A stretch of DNA of 64,000 nucleotides from a plasmid, in the sequence record NZ_CP010801.1; one strand, given 5' to 3'. Of this stretch, positions 27,551 to 36,588 are shown in pieces; the first letter of the stretch is position 1; each line of letters begins with the position of its first letter. The position numbers and the translations under genes were made by a program. The notes beneath the pieces were generated by a model that saw only the letters and a program-made list of their open reading frames with translations, ran no database searches and was not told the origin of the DNA.

Positions 27551-28726
27551 ATGCAAACGCTCTTACCGCTCAACTTCGTTCCGCGCACGCCACCCGCTTC
27601 TTTCTGGCAGCCGGTCAGCGCAAAGACGGACTTGCCGCCCGTGACCACCACGCCGGAGGTTGCCGCCGCGCTCTCTCGCGACTGCGTGGTCGCCGTGGGC
27701 GTGAGCGGCGGCAAGGATTCAGTCGCGTGCGCGCTCGCCACCGCGCGCTATTTGGATGAGATCGGGCACACTGGTCCGCGCGTGCTGATCCACTCGGATC
27801 TGGGGCGCGTCGAGTGGCGCGACAGCCTGCCATCATGCGAGCGCCTGGCGCACGCGCTGGGCTGGGAACTGCTGGTCGTCACGCGCCAAGCCGGCGACAT
27901 GCTGGCGCGATGGGAGGGCCGATGGCAAAACAACGTCAAGCGCTATGCTGACCTGGCTTGCGTCAAGCTGATACTGCCGTGGAGCACGCCGTCTATGCGC
28001 TTCTGTACGAGCGAGCTCAAGGTCGCCATCATCTCGTCGGCGCTGCGCAAGCGATGGCCGACGCAGGAGATCGTCAACGTGTCGGGCATCCGCCGCCAGG
28101 AAAGCGCCGCACGAAGCAAGATGCCTGTGTCAGTGCGCATGCCAAAGCTTTGCCGGAAAGGAGCCGAAGGGCTTTCATGGCACCCGATCATCGAGTGGAA
28201 GGTGCAGGAGGTGTTCGGAGCCATCGCGGACGCGGGCCTGCAGCTGCACGAGGCCTATACGCGCTATGGCATGAGCCGCGTCAGCTGCGCGTTCTGCATC
28301 ATGTCGTCGGCTGCCGACCTGGAGGCCTCTGTGTCGTGTATCGACAACCAGCCGGTCTACCTGCAGATGGTCGAGCTCGAGGCTGCCAGCACGTTCGGAT
28401 TCCAGTCTGGGCGTTGGCTGGCCGATGTCGCACCCCATCTGCTATCCACGGACCTGCAAGCCAAGGTGGAGCGTGCCAAGCTGGCCGCTGCCGAGCGTGA
28501 AGCCTTGGAGGCCAGGCTGCCGGCACACCTGCTGTACACCGGCGGCCTGCCAACGGCTGTGCCGACGTTCGATGAGGCTACCTTGGTCGGGCAGATCCGC
28601 CGGCGGGTTGCCGAGCTTGTCGGCATCGAGGTCAGGTATCTCCATGCCGCCGAAATCCGCGACCGATACGCGGAGCTTCTTGATCGGCGCGAGGAGCATG
28701 CGCCGAACTCTCTCGTCATCGTTTGA
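27551..28726 (+). CDS. PAPS-reductase-like PP-loop ATP pyrophosphatase (DndC/BrxP-like family)
   Basis: PP-loop VAVGVSGGKDS. Start chosen at internal Met 27551. Confidence 0.6.
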   Translation: MQTLLPLNFVPRTPPASFWQPVSAKTDLPPVTTTPEVAAALSRDCVVAVGVSGGKDSVACALATARYLDEIGHTGPRVLIHSDLGRVEWRDSLPSCERLAHALGWELLVVTRQAGDMLARWEGRWQNNVKRYADLACVKLILPWSTPSMRFCTSELKVAIISSALRKRWPTQEIVNVSGIRRQESAARSKMPVSVRMPKLCRKGAEGLSWHPIIEWKVQEVFGAIADAGLQLHEAYTRYGMSRVSCAFCIMSSAADLEASVSCIDNQPVYLQMVELEAASTFGFQSGRWLADVAPHLLSTDLQAKVERAKLAAAEREALEARLPAHLLYTGGLPTAVPTFDEATLVGQIRRRVAELVGIEVRYLHAAEIRDRYAELLDRREEHAPNSLVIV

Positions 28727-28740
28727 TCCTGAACATCGCT

Positions 28741-29010
28741 ATGAGTCCATCTAATCTCGATGCCCCTGGGTACGGCAATGCCCTGGACGTCCTGCGTCGC
28801 ATCGTGGAGGAAGCTGACCGTGATCCATTCATACCGGTCGGCCACGTCATTGAGCACGTCGTGCCGCAGGCGCGCGCCGCTCTCGCGGCAGCGCTTGCCG
28901 ACGAGGTGTGCCAGTTCTGCGGCGTGCGGACCTTTTCGCCGTGCGATGCCCCGCCTGCTGATGTGTGCGAGCAGGCTTTGATGCGTAATATGACGATGGC
29001 CGAGCGCTAA
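28741..29010 (+). CDS. Small hypothetical protein
   Basis: ORF with ATG 28741. Abuts the IS insertion. Confidence 0.3.
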   Translation: MSPSNLDAPGYGNALDVLRRIVEEADRDPFIPVGHVIEHVVPQARAALAAALADEVCQFCGVRTFSPCDAPPADVCEQALMRNMTMAER

Positions 29011-29087
29011 TTAAGGGCGAGGAGTAGAACGTTAGGCGCTTTGGATCGGCCTGCGCACCTGTCTTGCCTGAATGAAGCCGAGATATA

Positions 29088-30201
29088 CTGTACATATATG
29101 TGGGGTATCCACTTAGCTCCACCAGCACAGGATAACTGGATGGATATACAGTATTCGTATGCTACACCGTCTCGACCCGGTTCACTACATCCGCATACGT
29201 CACAGGGCCGGTAACGACCGCTTGCTGAAGCAGCCGATAGAACAAGAGACCGCGCGAGCCCGAGGTGCGGCGATTGAAGCGGAACACGAACTCATCCAGG
29301 TAGGCGTCCAGATGTTCGGGCTGAACCGAGCCGTGATGCGTGCCGAGAATCCAGCGTTTGACCAGTGAAGCAACCCGATGAACGCCAGCCATCGAAACGT
29401 GAGCTGGCACCTCGGCACCCAGCATCACATTGCGCTGGTGTTCGTAACCCAGCTTGCTCAATGTCCGGTAGGCTGCTGACCCGTCAGTTCTGACTTGGGC
29501 GCCAGGCTCAATCGACGCCTGTATGAACGGGATGACGCATTCGGCGCCATCGTTCTGGATGCGCTGCAAGCGTATCCGGCCGAAGCCCTTGGGCTGAAGC
29601 ATTTCGACCGCAAGGATGACCAGCACTTTGCTCGTGCGGTTCTTGCGGTTGATGGCCGAGATAGGGGCCTCTCGGTCCGTGATGGCCAGGTAGGTCTCGT
29701 CAACCTCTACACACCCCTTCAGGCGTTCGCGGTCCGGTCGCACCATAGCGCGGCGAAACCGGTGCAGCATCGTCCAAGCGGTCTGGTAGCTTCCCAGGCC
29801 TAGCACCCGTTGCAAACCAAGGGCGCTGACGCCTTGCTTTTGATTGGTCAGATACCACGCACCAGCCAGCCACACACGTAGCGGGGTACGGGTCTTGTCG
29901 AATATCGTGCCAGCGGTCACCGTCGTTTGGTGAGCGCAACTGCGACACATCAGGCGCGTGCGGCTCGACCGATAAGGCTCGGCCGCTACGCCGCAATCAG
30001 GGCAAACGAACCCCTGCGGCCACCGCAATCCCTCCAGGTAGGACAGGCAAGCCTCTTCCGTCCCGAACCGGTCCAGAAACTCGTTCCAGTTACGGGGGTA
30101 GTCCTTCCCCGGTTCTGGGGGTAATATCTGCTTTACCTGTATATCCATCCAGTGATTCTGGCATGGCTGGAGCTAAGTGGATAGCCCTTACATATATACA
30201 G
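29088..30201 (-). mobile_element. IS1595-family (ISXO2-like) insertion sequence
   Basis: About 65-bp imperfect terminal inverted repeats (CTGTACATATATGT...GGATGGATATACAG / CTGTATATCCATCC...ACATATATACAG) flank a single DDE transposase. Confidence 0.7.
29162..30148 (-). CDS. IS1595-family DDE transposase
   Basis: N-terminal Zn-ribbon (FGTEEACLSYLEGLRWPQGFVCPDCG). 328 aa. DDE-type core. Confidence 0.8.
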   Translation of the reverse strand: MDIQVKQILPPEPGKDYPRNWNEFLDRFGTEEACLSYLEGLRWPQGFVCPDCGVAAEPYRSSRTRLMCRSCAHQTTVTAGTIFDKTRTPLRVWLAGAWYLTNQKQGVSALGLQRVLGLGSYQTAWTMLHRFRRAMVRPDRERLKGCVEVDETYLAITDREAPISAINRKNRTSKVLVILAVEMLQPKGFGRIRLQRIQNDGAECVIPFIQASIEPGAQVRTDGSAAYRTLSKLGYEHQRNVMLGAEVPAHVSMAGVHRVASLVKRWILGTHHGSVQPEHLDAYLDEFVFRFNRRTSGSRGLLFYRLLQQAVVTGPVTYADVVNRVETV

Positions 30202-30217
30202 TTGTTTCGAGGGTGTC

Positions 30218-30621
30218 ATGGAAGTGCATGTAACGCCACTTAAAAGCAAGGGACAGACCAAACAAAAGTGGTTACGGGCAATGGGCAACGCAGTTGGAAC
30301 GCTGAGAATCCGAGACAAGCGCGATACCGTTAATCTTCGCAGCACGCGCGTTGCAGAGCTCTTCAACCACCGCCCCGTCCGCGCCGAGGGCGAGAAGTGG
30401 ATCCTGTTCGATGTCCAACTTGTCTGGGCCAAGGGGGGCAGTTCCTGCTGTCCGGCTACGAGCGCCACGTCCAGTGGAACGGCGACACTACGGATTACGC
30501 CCAGAGTTGGCTCGTCAGCGTGCCGGCGCCGGGAACGTCGGTCGCGATCGTCCCAGACACCGTCGAGGCACCAAAACAGACGCCGATCGAAGACCCGGCT
30601 GCCGGCAGCCTACGCATTTGA
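30218..30621 (+). pseudogene. Possibly frameshifted small gene adjacent to IS
   Basis: Two overlapping frames join at a G6 run (about 30433-30438). Confidence 0.25.
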
Positions 30622-30627
30622 CCAACA

Positions 30628-31272
30628 ATGAATACATCTGATAGCGGGTTCGTAGAAGTCAAAAGCAAAGTAGCAAAGCCCGAATTGCAGGCATTCATGG
30701 AACACCTGAGCGCCTTCCATGAGGGCGACACGGATGCCCAGCGGGCGGCAGAGATCCGCGCTCAGGACGAGAACGACGGCCTGGATTCACTGAAGCGCCT
30801 ATTCGATCTGGCGAACGGGAGCAGTGGACAGTGCCGTCACGTCGCGCGCTTCCTGCTTGGTCTGTACAACGGCACTCGATTCCCGTTCGATCTGACTGAC
30901 TTCCGATGCGTTGATGCCTCGATCTTTGAGGACATGATGCGAGTGCTGCGGATGGACAGCCGGCCACGGGCAGAAGTCCACACGTATTTCCCGCGCGGCG
31001 GCGAGCGTTTCGAGCAACTGGCGCAGGACTGGAATCTGTACAAGACCGAGTGGGAGCCGGCGGGCAGCGGGTTCACGCGCAGACGCAGCGCGTACCGCCT
31101 CGACATCGAGGCAGGCGTGCGCGGCGAGACGCTGGTGTGGAAGTGGTCTGTATCGCGGTGGGGCGGCGACAGTAAAAAGGTTGCCAGCGGCGCGGCATGG
31201 TCGGCCGAGAGTGCGAAGTACGAGATTGATGCCTGGTTCGAGCGCGGCGGCGAGACGCCTTACGAAGACTGA
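30628..31272 (+). CDS. Hypothetical protein
   Basis: 214-aa ORF with no recognised motif. Confidence 0.4.
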   Translation: MNTSDSGFVEVKSKVAKPELQAFMEHLSAFHEGDTDAQRAAEIRAQDENDGLDSLKRLFDLANGSSGQCRHVARFLLGLYNGTRFPFDLTDFRCVDASIFEDMMRVLRMDSRPRAEVHTYFPRGGERFEQLAQDWNLYKTEWEPAGSGFTRRRSAYRLDIEAGVRGETLVWKWSVSRWGGDSKKVASGAAWSAESAKYEIDAWFERGGETPYED

Positions 31273-31274
31273 CA

Positions 31275-32036
31275 ATGAAAACGGATCTGATCGAAAAGTA
31301 CGCACCGGTGCTCTGTGCGTCGACACCTCCAGTGGTGCGTGACCCACGCCTATTGATGGATGCAAGCGGCGACGTGAAGATCTACTATGCGCCCTTCGAA
31401 TACATCAACCCGAGTGCACGGCTCGTGCTGGTCGGGATCACACCGGGCCCCACCCAGATGGTCAATGCCAACAACGAGGCGCGGCGCGCTCTTCAGGCGG
31501 GCAAGTCCAGCATCGAGGCGATGCAGGCCGGAAAGAGCGTCGGCGCTTTCAGTGGCGAGCCGCTGCGGAGTAACCTGATCAATCAACTCAACCATTGGGG
31601 CTTCCAAAAGTGGCTCGGCCTGAGCGATTCGGCCGACCTATTCTCCAGGTCACAGCACTTGGTGCAGACTACCTCTCTCCTACGCTATCCGGTGTTCGTC
31701 AAGGACGGTGATTACCGTGGCACTCCAGATATGACCAAGCATCCGCTGCTGCGGAAATACCTGCTCGAATACTTTGCGGCGGAGGTCGAGGAGCTCAAGG
31801 AAGCCGTATTTGTCGGTCTCGGGCCACAGGTCCAGAAGGTGCTCGATCGCCTGATCCACGAGCGCGTCCTGAGTCCAGAACGGGTCATCGGCGGGATGCT
31901 GCACCCGTCCGGTAACTGCACATACCGAATCAACTATCTTATCGGTGACAGAAACGCGCCAGTCCCGCACGCCACCAACCCCGTGCCTTACGACCAGGGC
32001 CGACGAGCGTTTCGGGAGCGCTTCATTGGCGCGTGA
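31275..32036 (+). CDS. Uracil-DNA-glycosylase-superfamily-like protein
   Basis: VLVGITPGP (GEAPG-like motif A) and GMLHPSGNC (HPS motif B-like). Confidence 0.3.
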   Translation: MKTDLIEKYAPVLCASTPPVVRDPRLLMDASGDVKIYYAPFEYINPSARLVLVGITPGPTQMVNANNEARRALQAGKSSIEAMQAGKSVGAFSGEPLRSNLINQLNHWGFQKWLGLSDSADLFSRSQHLVQTTSLLRYPVFVKDGDYRGTPDMTKHPLLRKYLLEYFAAEVEELKEAVFVGLGPQVQKVLDRLIHERVLSPERVIGGMLHPSGNCTYRINYLIGDRNAPVPHATNPVPYDQGRRAFRERFIGA

Positions 32037-32153
32037 TCGGGAGTCATATGAGCCGATGCGAACTGGCCGCCGTCTTGTTGCTGCTCGCTCATCGCACCGC
32101 GCTGTGCTGGCCATCAATGGCCGGTGAAAACCAGCTACCAGACAGAGACCGCA

Positions 32154-32480
32154 ATGAAACGAACAATAGCTTTTGCCTTGCTCATCGCAGCGATACCGCT
32201 GTCATCGCACGCGTCTTGCACTGATTGGGGATTGTATGCAGTGCAGGTAGCCCAAATGCGAAACGGCGGGCTAGCCAAAGAGGCTGCAGAGGGGATGATG
32301 TGGCAACACTCTCTCAGCGGAGCGCTTGACGGAGAGAAGAACGAGACCAGCTTCAACGGGTTCGACCCCGTCCGGGCGAAGGAAGTCATCAAGTCTGTGT
32401 ACGAATCGCACCACGCTCCCTCGTACTATGGGGTTGTTACGACGGATCTCTGTCACACCCAGGCGTGGATTAAGCAGTAG
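32154..32480 (+). CDS. Small secreted protein
   Basis: Signal peptide MKRTIAFALLIAAIPLSSHAS. Confidence 0.3.
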   Translation: MKRTIAFALLIAAIPLSSHASCTDWGLYAVQVAQMRNGGLAKEAAEGMMWQHSLSGALDGEKNETSFNGFDPVRAKEVIKSVYESHHAPSYYGVVTTDLCHTQAWIKQ

Positions 32481-32591
32481 AAGACAATGCACTGAGGAAA
32501 TACGCGGGCGGTGCCGGCAGAAGATGAGCCGCTTACCGGCCGGCGTGCCGGTCGTAAAGACAAAAATGCCTCACCAATCGAAAGGGGGAGA

Positions 32592-32871
32592 GATGAAATA
32601 TCTGCTGATCATTTCCGCGTCCATGGTTGCTCTCGCTGGTTGTGCGGCCCAGCGGGCAGCTAGTGACTGCGAAGCAATGGGGTACACCCGTGGCACACCA
32701 GAGTTTTCTCAATGCGCGGAGCGGCAGGTCGCTGCACGCAGAGAGCGGTTGATGGAAATGCGTGGGCAGGATGCGGCGATCTCGATCCAGTGCGAAAAAT
32801 CATCGCAAGGTATCTTTGGGCGCAACACCGGCCGCACCGATTGCCCGCACCCAGCCGGGATGGTGAAGTGA
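32592..32871 (+). CDS. Small lipoprotein
   Basis: MKYLLIISASMVALAGC lipobox. RBS GGGGGAGAG. Confidence 0.35.
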
Positions 32872-33120
32872 CCACGCGCAATTCAGACAAACAGGCGTAA
32901 CTGGCCGCGCTGCTCCAGGTGTTCTCGCACAGCCTGATCGGTGCCTGGCTTCGTGAGCGGATGGACAGCACGACAGGTGGAGCAGATCCAGTTCTCGGTC
33001 GGTTGGTCGGCGCCAAACGGCGTCATCGCCGGGGCGTCCGGCGTGTGATGGCGCAGCACCCCGCAGGTGTCGCAAGCAAGCCATTTGGTAAGTGGTTTCA
33101 TGCGCGATCCCATCACCTTG

Positions 33121-33507
33121 TCAAACCTTGCGGATCGAGCCGCTGTACTGCGCTACGATCGGGTCGGCCGTAACTAGAAGGATGCCTTCCACCAGCGACT
33201 GCGCCACCAGGATGCGGTCGAATGGATCCTTGTGCAAAGGCGGCAGGCTATCGACCATGACCGTGTGCTCACTGGTGATGGGTAATTCCAGATAGCCATT
33301 GTCTAAGAGCCCTCGGCGTAGCAGCCTGGGATCAACGCGAAAGTCCTGCCGGCCCAGTCCTCGCTTGATAGCCACCTCCCACAGGCTGGCAGCGCTGAAC
33401 ACCAGCTCGTGCGTCGGGTCCTGGATGAGAGCGAGCGTGTCGCGCGACAGCTTGTCAGGCTGGCCAGCGGCCCACAGCAGCAGATGAGTATCGAGCAACA
33501 ACTTCAC
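33121..33507 (-). CDS. vapC: PIN-domain toxin (VapC family)
   Basis: MKLLLDTHLLLW...ASLWE...VTAD acidic PIN residues. Overlaps the antitoxin stop. Confidence 0.8.
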   Translation of the reverse strand: MKLLLDTHLLLWAAGQPDKLSRDTLALIQDPTHELVFSAASLWEVAIKRGLGRQDFRVDPRLLRRGLLDNGYLELPITSEHTVMVDSLPPLHKDPFDRILVAQSLVEGILLVTADPIVAQYSGSIRKV

Positions 33508-33743
33508 GCGTCGCCCCCGAACATCTGTTCAATGGCATCGGCACCCATGCGATCGAAGTCCGCCGGCACTGCGATCTCGCCGACCAGGAAGCCAACACGG
33601 CGCGGCTGAGCGGGCGCATCGAGAGCGGTCACCTTGGCCAGCGGCTTGCCAGCCTTGGCGATCACGAAGGATTGGCCTCGGGCTGCCTTGTCGACCAGAC
33701 GCGACAGGTGCGTCTTCGCGTCGTGGATGTTGACGATTTCCAT
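33504..33743 (-). CDS. Phd/YefM-type antitoxin
   Basis: MEIVNIHDAKTHLSRLVDKAARGQSFVIAKAGKP is a Phd/YefM signature. Confidence 0.75.
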   Translation of the reverse strand: MEIVNIHDAKTHLSRLVDKAARGQSFVIAKAGKPLAKVTALDAPAQPRRVGFLVGEIAVPADFDRMGADAIEQMFGGDA

Positions 33744-33754
33744 GACCGACTCCG

Positions 33755-33778
33755 ATTAAACTAAGTTCAGTTAGTTTA
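33755..33778. promoter_or_regulatory. TA operator palindrome TAAACTAA-GTTCAG-TTAGTTTA
   Basis: Perfect 8-bp inverted repeat directly upstream of the antitoxin start. Confidence 0.35.
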
Positions 33779-33820
33779 GTCCGTTCTAGGAAATCATGGT
33801 ATGGCAATCAGCAGAACAAA

Positions 33821-33838
33821 GTGTCCCAATTGGGACAC
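33821..33838. promoter_or_regulatory. parS-like palindrome GTGTCCCAATTGGGACAC (isolated copy)
   Basis: Same 18-bp palindrome family as the six copies flanking parAB. Confidence 0.5.
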
Positions 33839-33889
33839 TCTCTGTGCGCGCATGGGGCTTCAATGACGGGCAGAACTGATGGGCAAGAG

Positions 33890-34705
33890 CTACCGCTTCG
33901 GTGGTGTCGGCACGCCACCGGCGCCGCGCCGATAGGCATCCACGGCGGTCCTGGCTGTTGCCAAGTCGCGCTCAAGCGACTCGATACGGATCCTGAGCAT
34001 GTTGCGTTCTTCAATAAAGGCCTGACGGATACTGTCGGTCTCGACCATGCGCCTACGCTCTGCGCCCTCGAGTCTGTCTGCAAGCGCACTTAACGCGCTC
34101 GGCAGGCCACCGACGCTGCCAGTAAGCTCGCTTTCACGAGCACTCGCCTCTGCTTTGGCCTCGGCCAACTGATTCCGCAACGAGTTCGCTTCAGCTTCAG
34201 CTGCCGATGCTCGCTCAAGCGCCTGCTGCAGCTGGCCGCGCAACGCATGGTTTTCGTCTTCCAGCCGCTCGCAGTGCTGAGACAACCAGGCGCTGTTCGC
34301 GTCACCACTCGACGGCGCTTTCGTCTCGGGGACAGCTGCTGCCTGGGCGGGCGGCACGATCTCACGCACGGCGACCTGGATCTCCTTGTGCACGTAGCCG
34401 CGCAGCCAGTCGTCGCGAACTTCGGGCGTGATCGCCTGCGTCCCGTCTTTCGCGGCCCGGCGCTCGGCTTGCACCGCCAGGAATGTCTGCGCGCTCGGAC
34501 GGCGATTCGTGATGCCGGCCGTGGCCATCAGCCTTCGAAATACCTTCTCGCCGTAGCTCCGGCCAGCAATGCGTTCGATCTGATCGAGCGCATGCCGCAA
34601 GAAATTGCGGTTATCCGGATAGGGATACCGCACGTCCAGTTGTTGTAAGGACAGCAGGATGGCCTGCAACTGGGCGTCGGGAAACGAAGTCGGTGTGCGG
34701 GGCAT
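33890..34705 (-). CDS. KfrA-like coiled-coil DNA-binding protein
   Basis: N-terminal putative DNA-binding region. Long Ala/Glu/Arg coiled-coil. Confidence 0.3.
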   Translation of the reverse strand: MPRTPTSFPDAQLQAILLSLQQLDVRYPYPDNRNFLRHALDQIERIAGRSYGEKVFRRLMATAGITNRRPSAQTFLAVQAERRAAKDGTQAITPEVRDDWLRGYVHKEIQVAVREIVPPAQAAAVPETKAPSSGDANSAWLSQHCERLEDENHALRGQLQQALERASAAEAEANSLRNQLAEAKAEASARESELTGSVGGLPSALSALADRLEGAERRRMVETDSIRQAFIEERNMLRIRIESLERDLATARTAVDAYRRGAGGVPTPPKR

Positions 34706-34803
34706 CGTGGCTCAGCTGACAGCTGTTGCTGGAAATTTCACCTATCGTAGCACTCATCGGCTACTTATTAGAATACTTTTTACACTACGCATTAGGACTA
34801 CGC

Positions 34804-34829
34804 TTTACCATTATTCCACTAATGGTAAA
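34804..34829. promoter_or_regulatory. Perfect palindrome TTTACCATTA-N6-TAATGGTAAA upstream of integrase
   Basis: 10-bp perfect inverted repeat in the AT-rich region 30 bp before the integrase ORF. Confidence 0.3.
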
Positions 34830-34860
34830 ATAAGCTTAGTATCCCGTTCCATAGATCGTC

Positions 34861-36081
34861 ATGGGGCAAAAAATGCCTTATGGAGCACACATGAACAATC
34901 TGACGCCAGTTCCACGCACGCCAAGCAATGCGCTGATCAGCCCGGTGCTGCAGGACGTCAGCACTGACGAGCAGTTGCTTGGCGAATGGCTCAAGGATCT
35001 GTTCAACGCTGGGATGGGAATCAGCCAGAACACGCTGAGCCAATACAGCCTGGAAGGTCGGCGTCTGCTTTGGTTCGCGAACGCGGTCGAGCGTCGATTT
35101 CAGGCGTGGGATAAGCCAACTGCCAACGCCTATCTCACATTTCTCGCGTCACCGCCGGAGCACGCCATCGGCGACTCGCGCACGAAGAATTCCGGTGCCT
35201 GGCGGCCGTTCCGTAAGCCGCCCTCAGCCGCGTCAGTCAAGCAAAGCGCGATCATCGCCAGGAGCTTCTTCAACTGGCTGGTCGATCAGCAAGCGATCCG
35301 GGTCAACCCTCTCCCCCGCCCTCCCCGTTCACGCGAAAACCGCGGCCCGGGCACGCAGCAGCGTTACTTGAACATCACGCAGCTGAAGGCCGTTTTCGAC
35401 GCCATTGCGGCCAGGCCTGCCGAGATGTTCTGGGATCGACTCAAGCAGGACCGTGATCGCATGGTGATCGCCCTCGCCTTCCAAACTGGCTTGCGCGCGT
35501 CGGAGATGGCCGAACTCAGGTGGTCCGACTTCCAGCGCCGGGATGGCAAACATGGCCCCTACTGGGTCATCGTTGTTCGGCACGCCAAGAGCGGCGACAA
35601 CCAGGTAGTGCCGTGCGACGCGGCCATGGAGGAAATCTCGGCGTTTCGCCGCACGATCGGCCTGGGCCCGGAGCCGAAGGCCAACGACACGATAGCGGTC
35701 ATCCCCTGCATCGCCGGCGGCAAGCGCAAGCGTGTGAAGCCGCATGGCAGCCTCGATCTGCAACTTCTGCTGCAGCGAGGGGTGACAACGCGCCACGGCA
35801 TCTACGCGATCGTCAAGGACGCTTTCAAGCAGGCGGCCGACCTCCTCAGGGACCTAGGCGACGAGCTCAGCGCCGACGGATTGGAGCACGCTTCAACCCA
35901 CTGGCTGCGCCACAGTGCAGCCACACACCTGCTGCGCTCTGGAAAATCAGTAACGAATGTCCAGCGCGTGCTGCGGCATCAGGACATCAATACGACGCGC
36001 AGATACACGCACGAGGAGATGGATGATCTGGCGCACGATGTCAGCGATGGGCTGATGCTCGACAACATCTTACGAAAGTAG
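34861..36081 (+). CDS. Tyrosine site-specific recombinase/integrase
   Basis: C-terminal HWLRHSAATHLLRSG...LRHQDINTTRRYTH (R-H-R-Y catalytic signature). Confidence 0.8.
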   Translation: MGQKMPYGAHMNNLTPVPRTPSNALISPVLQDVSTDEQLLGEWLKDLFNAGMGISQNTLSQYSLEGRRLLWFANAVERRFQAWDKPTANAYLTFLASPPEHAIGDSRTKNSGAWRPFRKPPSAASVKQSAIIARSFFNWLVDQQAIRVNPLPRPPRSRENRGPGTQQRYLNITQLKAVFDAIAARPAEMFWDRLKQDRDRMVIALAFQTGLRASEMAELRWSDFQRRDGKHGPYWVIVVRHAKSGDNQVVPCDAAMEEISAFRRTIGLGPEPKANDTIAVIPCIAGGKRKRVKPHGSLDLQLLLQRGVTTRHGIYAIVKDAFKQAADLLRDLGDELSADGLEHASTHWLRHSAATHLLRSGKSVTNVQRVLRHQDINTTRRYTHEEMDDLAHDVSDGLMLDNILRK

Positions 36082-36132
36082 CCCCCTACCCTGCTGGCTC
36101 GGTCTGACGTGGCTGTTGCCGGGCATTAGCAC

Positions 36133-36150
36133 CGTGTCCCAACTGGGACA
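36133..36150. promoter_or_regulatory. parS-like palindrome copy
   Basis: GTGTCCCAACTGGGACAG. Confidence 0.5.
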
Positions 36151-36232
36151 GTTTTTAATCCGCCCTTTTCCCGACGAGAATTGTTATCGGATCGGGCTCG
36201 AATGCTCGCGAATGTCGTCCTTCGCTTGCAAA

Positions 36233-36250
36233 GTGTCCCAGTTGGGACAG
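36233..36250. promoter_or_regulatory. parS-like palindrome copy
   Basis: GTGTCCCAGTTGGGACAG. Confidence 0.5.
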
Positions 36251-36337
36251 TCAACCGAAGACAGGGCTGGGACAACCTACCTCTGTTTCGCGCGCCTACT
36301 GTAGGGTGATGCCACTCCCCTACCCCGCACCTCAAAA

Positions 36338-36355
36338 CTGTCCCAACTGGGACAC
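36338..36355. promoter_or_regulatory. parS-like palindrome copy
   Basis: CTGTCCCAACTGGGACAC. Confidence 0.5.
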
Positions 36356-36495
36356 TTCAGCGGCGACTCCGGAATGTCCGCGCACAAGATACTGCAATAA
36401 CGAACACCGCAAATAGTTCGCCTTGGCTGCAAAGCGCCGAACAGCCCTCCTAACTTGCCGCACCTTCCCTTTACAGCAGCCCATACCATCGAAAA

Positions 36496-36513
36496 GTGTC
36501 CCAAATGGGACAC
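36496..36513. promoter_or_regulatory. parS-like palindrome copy (in parA promoter region)
   Basis: GTGTCCCAAATGGGACAC. Confidence 0.5.
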
Positions 36514-36588
36514 TTTCACAGTCAATCCTTGCCTTGCCTGATAGTTACGTCTATCGTGCACGGAAATCATCAACAACGTACACGATCC

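Noticed and set aside
26746-27741. 331-aa minus-strand ORF
   Set aside because: It is antisense to the Gp37/Gp68 and PP-loop genes.
32883-33116. 77-aa minus-strand ORF with CxxC pairs between the lipoprotein gene and vapC
   Set aside because: It is plausible but short, overlaps the 32919-33173 plus-strand ORF, and has no RBS I could see. It is left uncalled.
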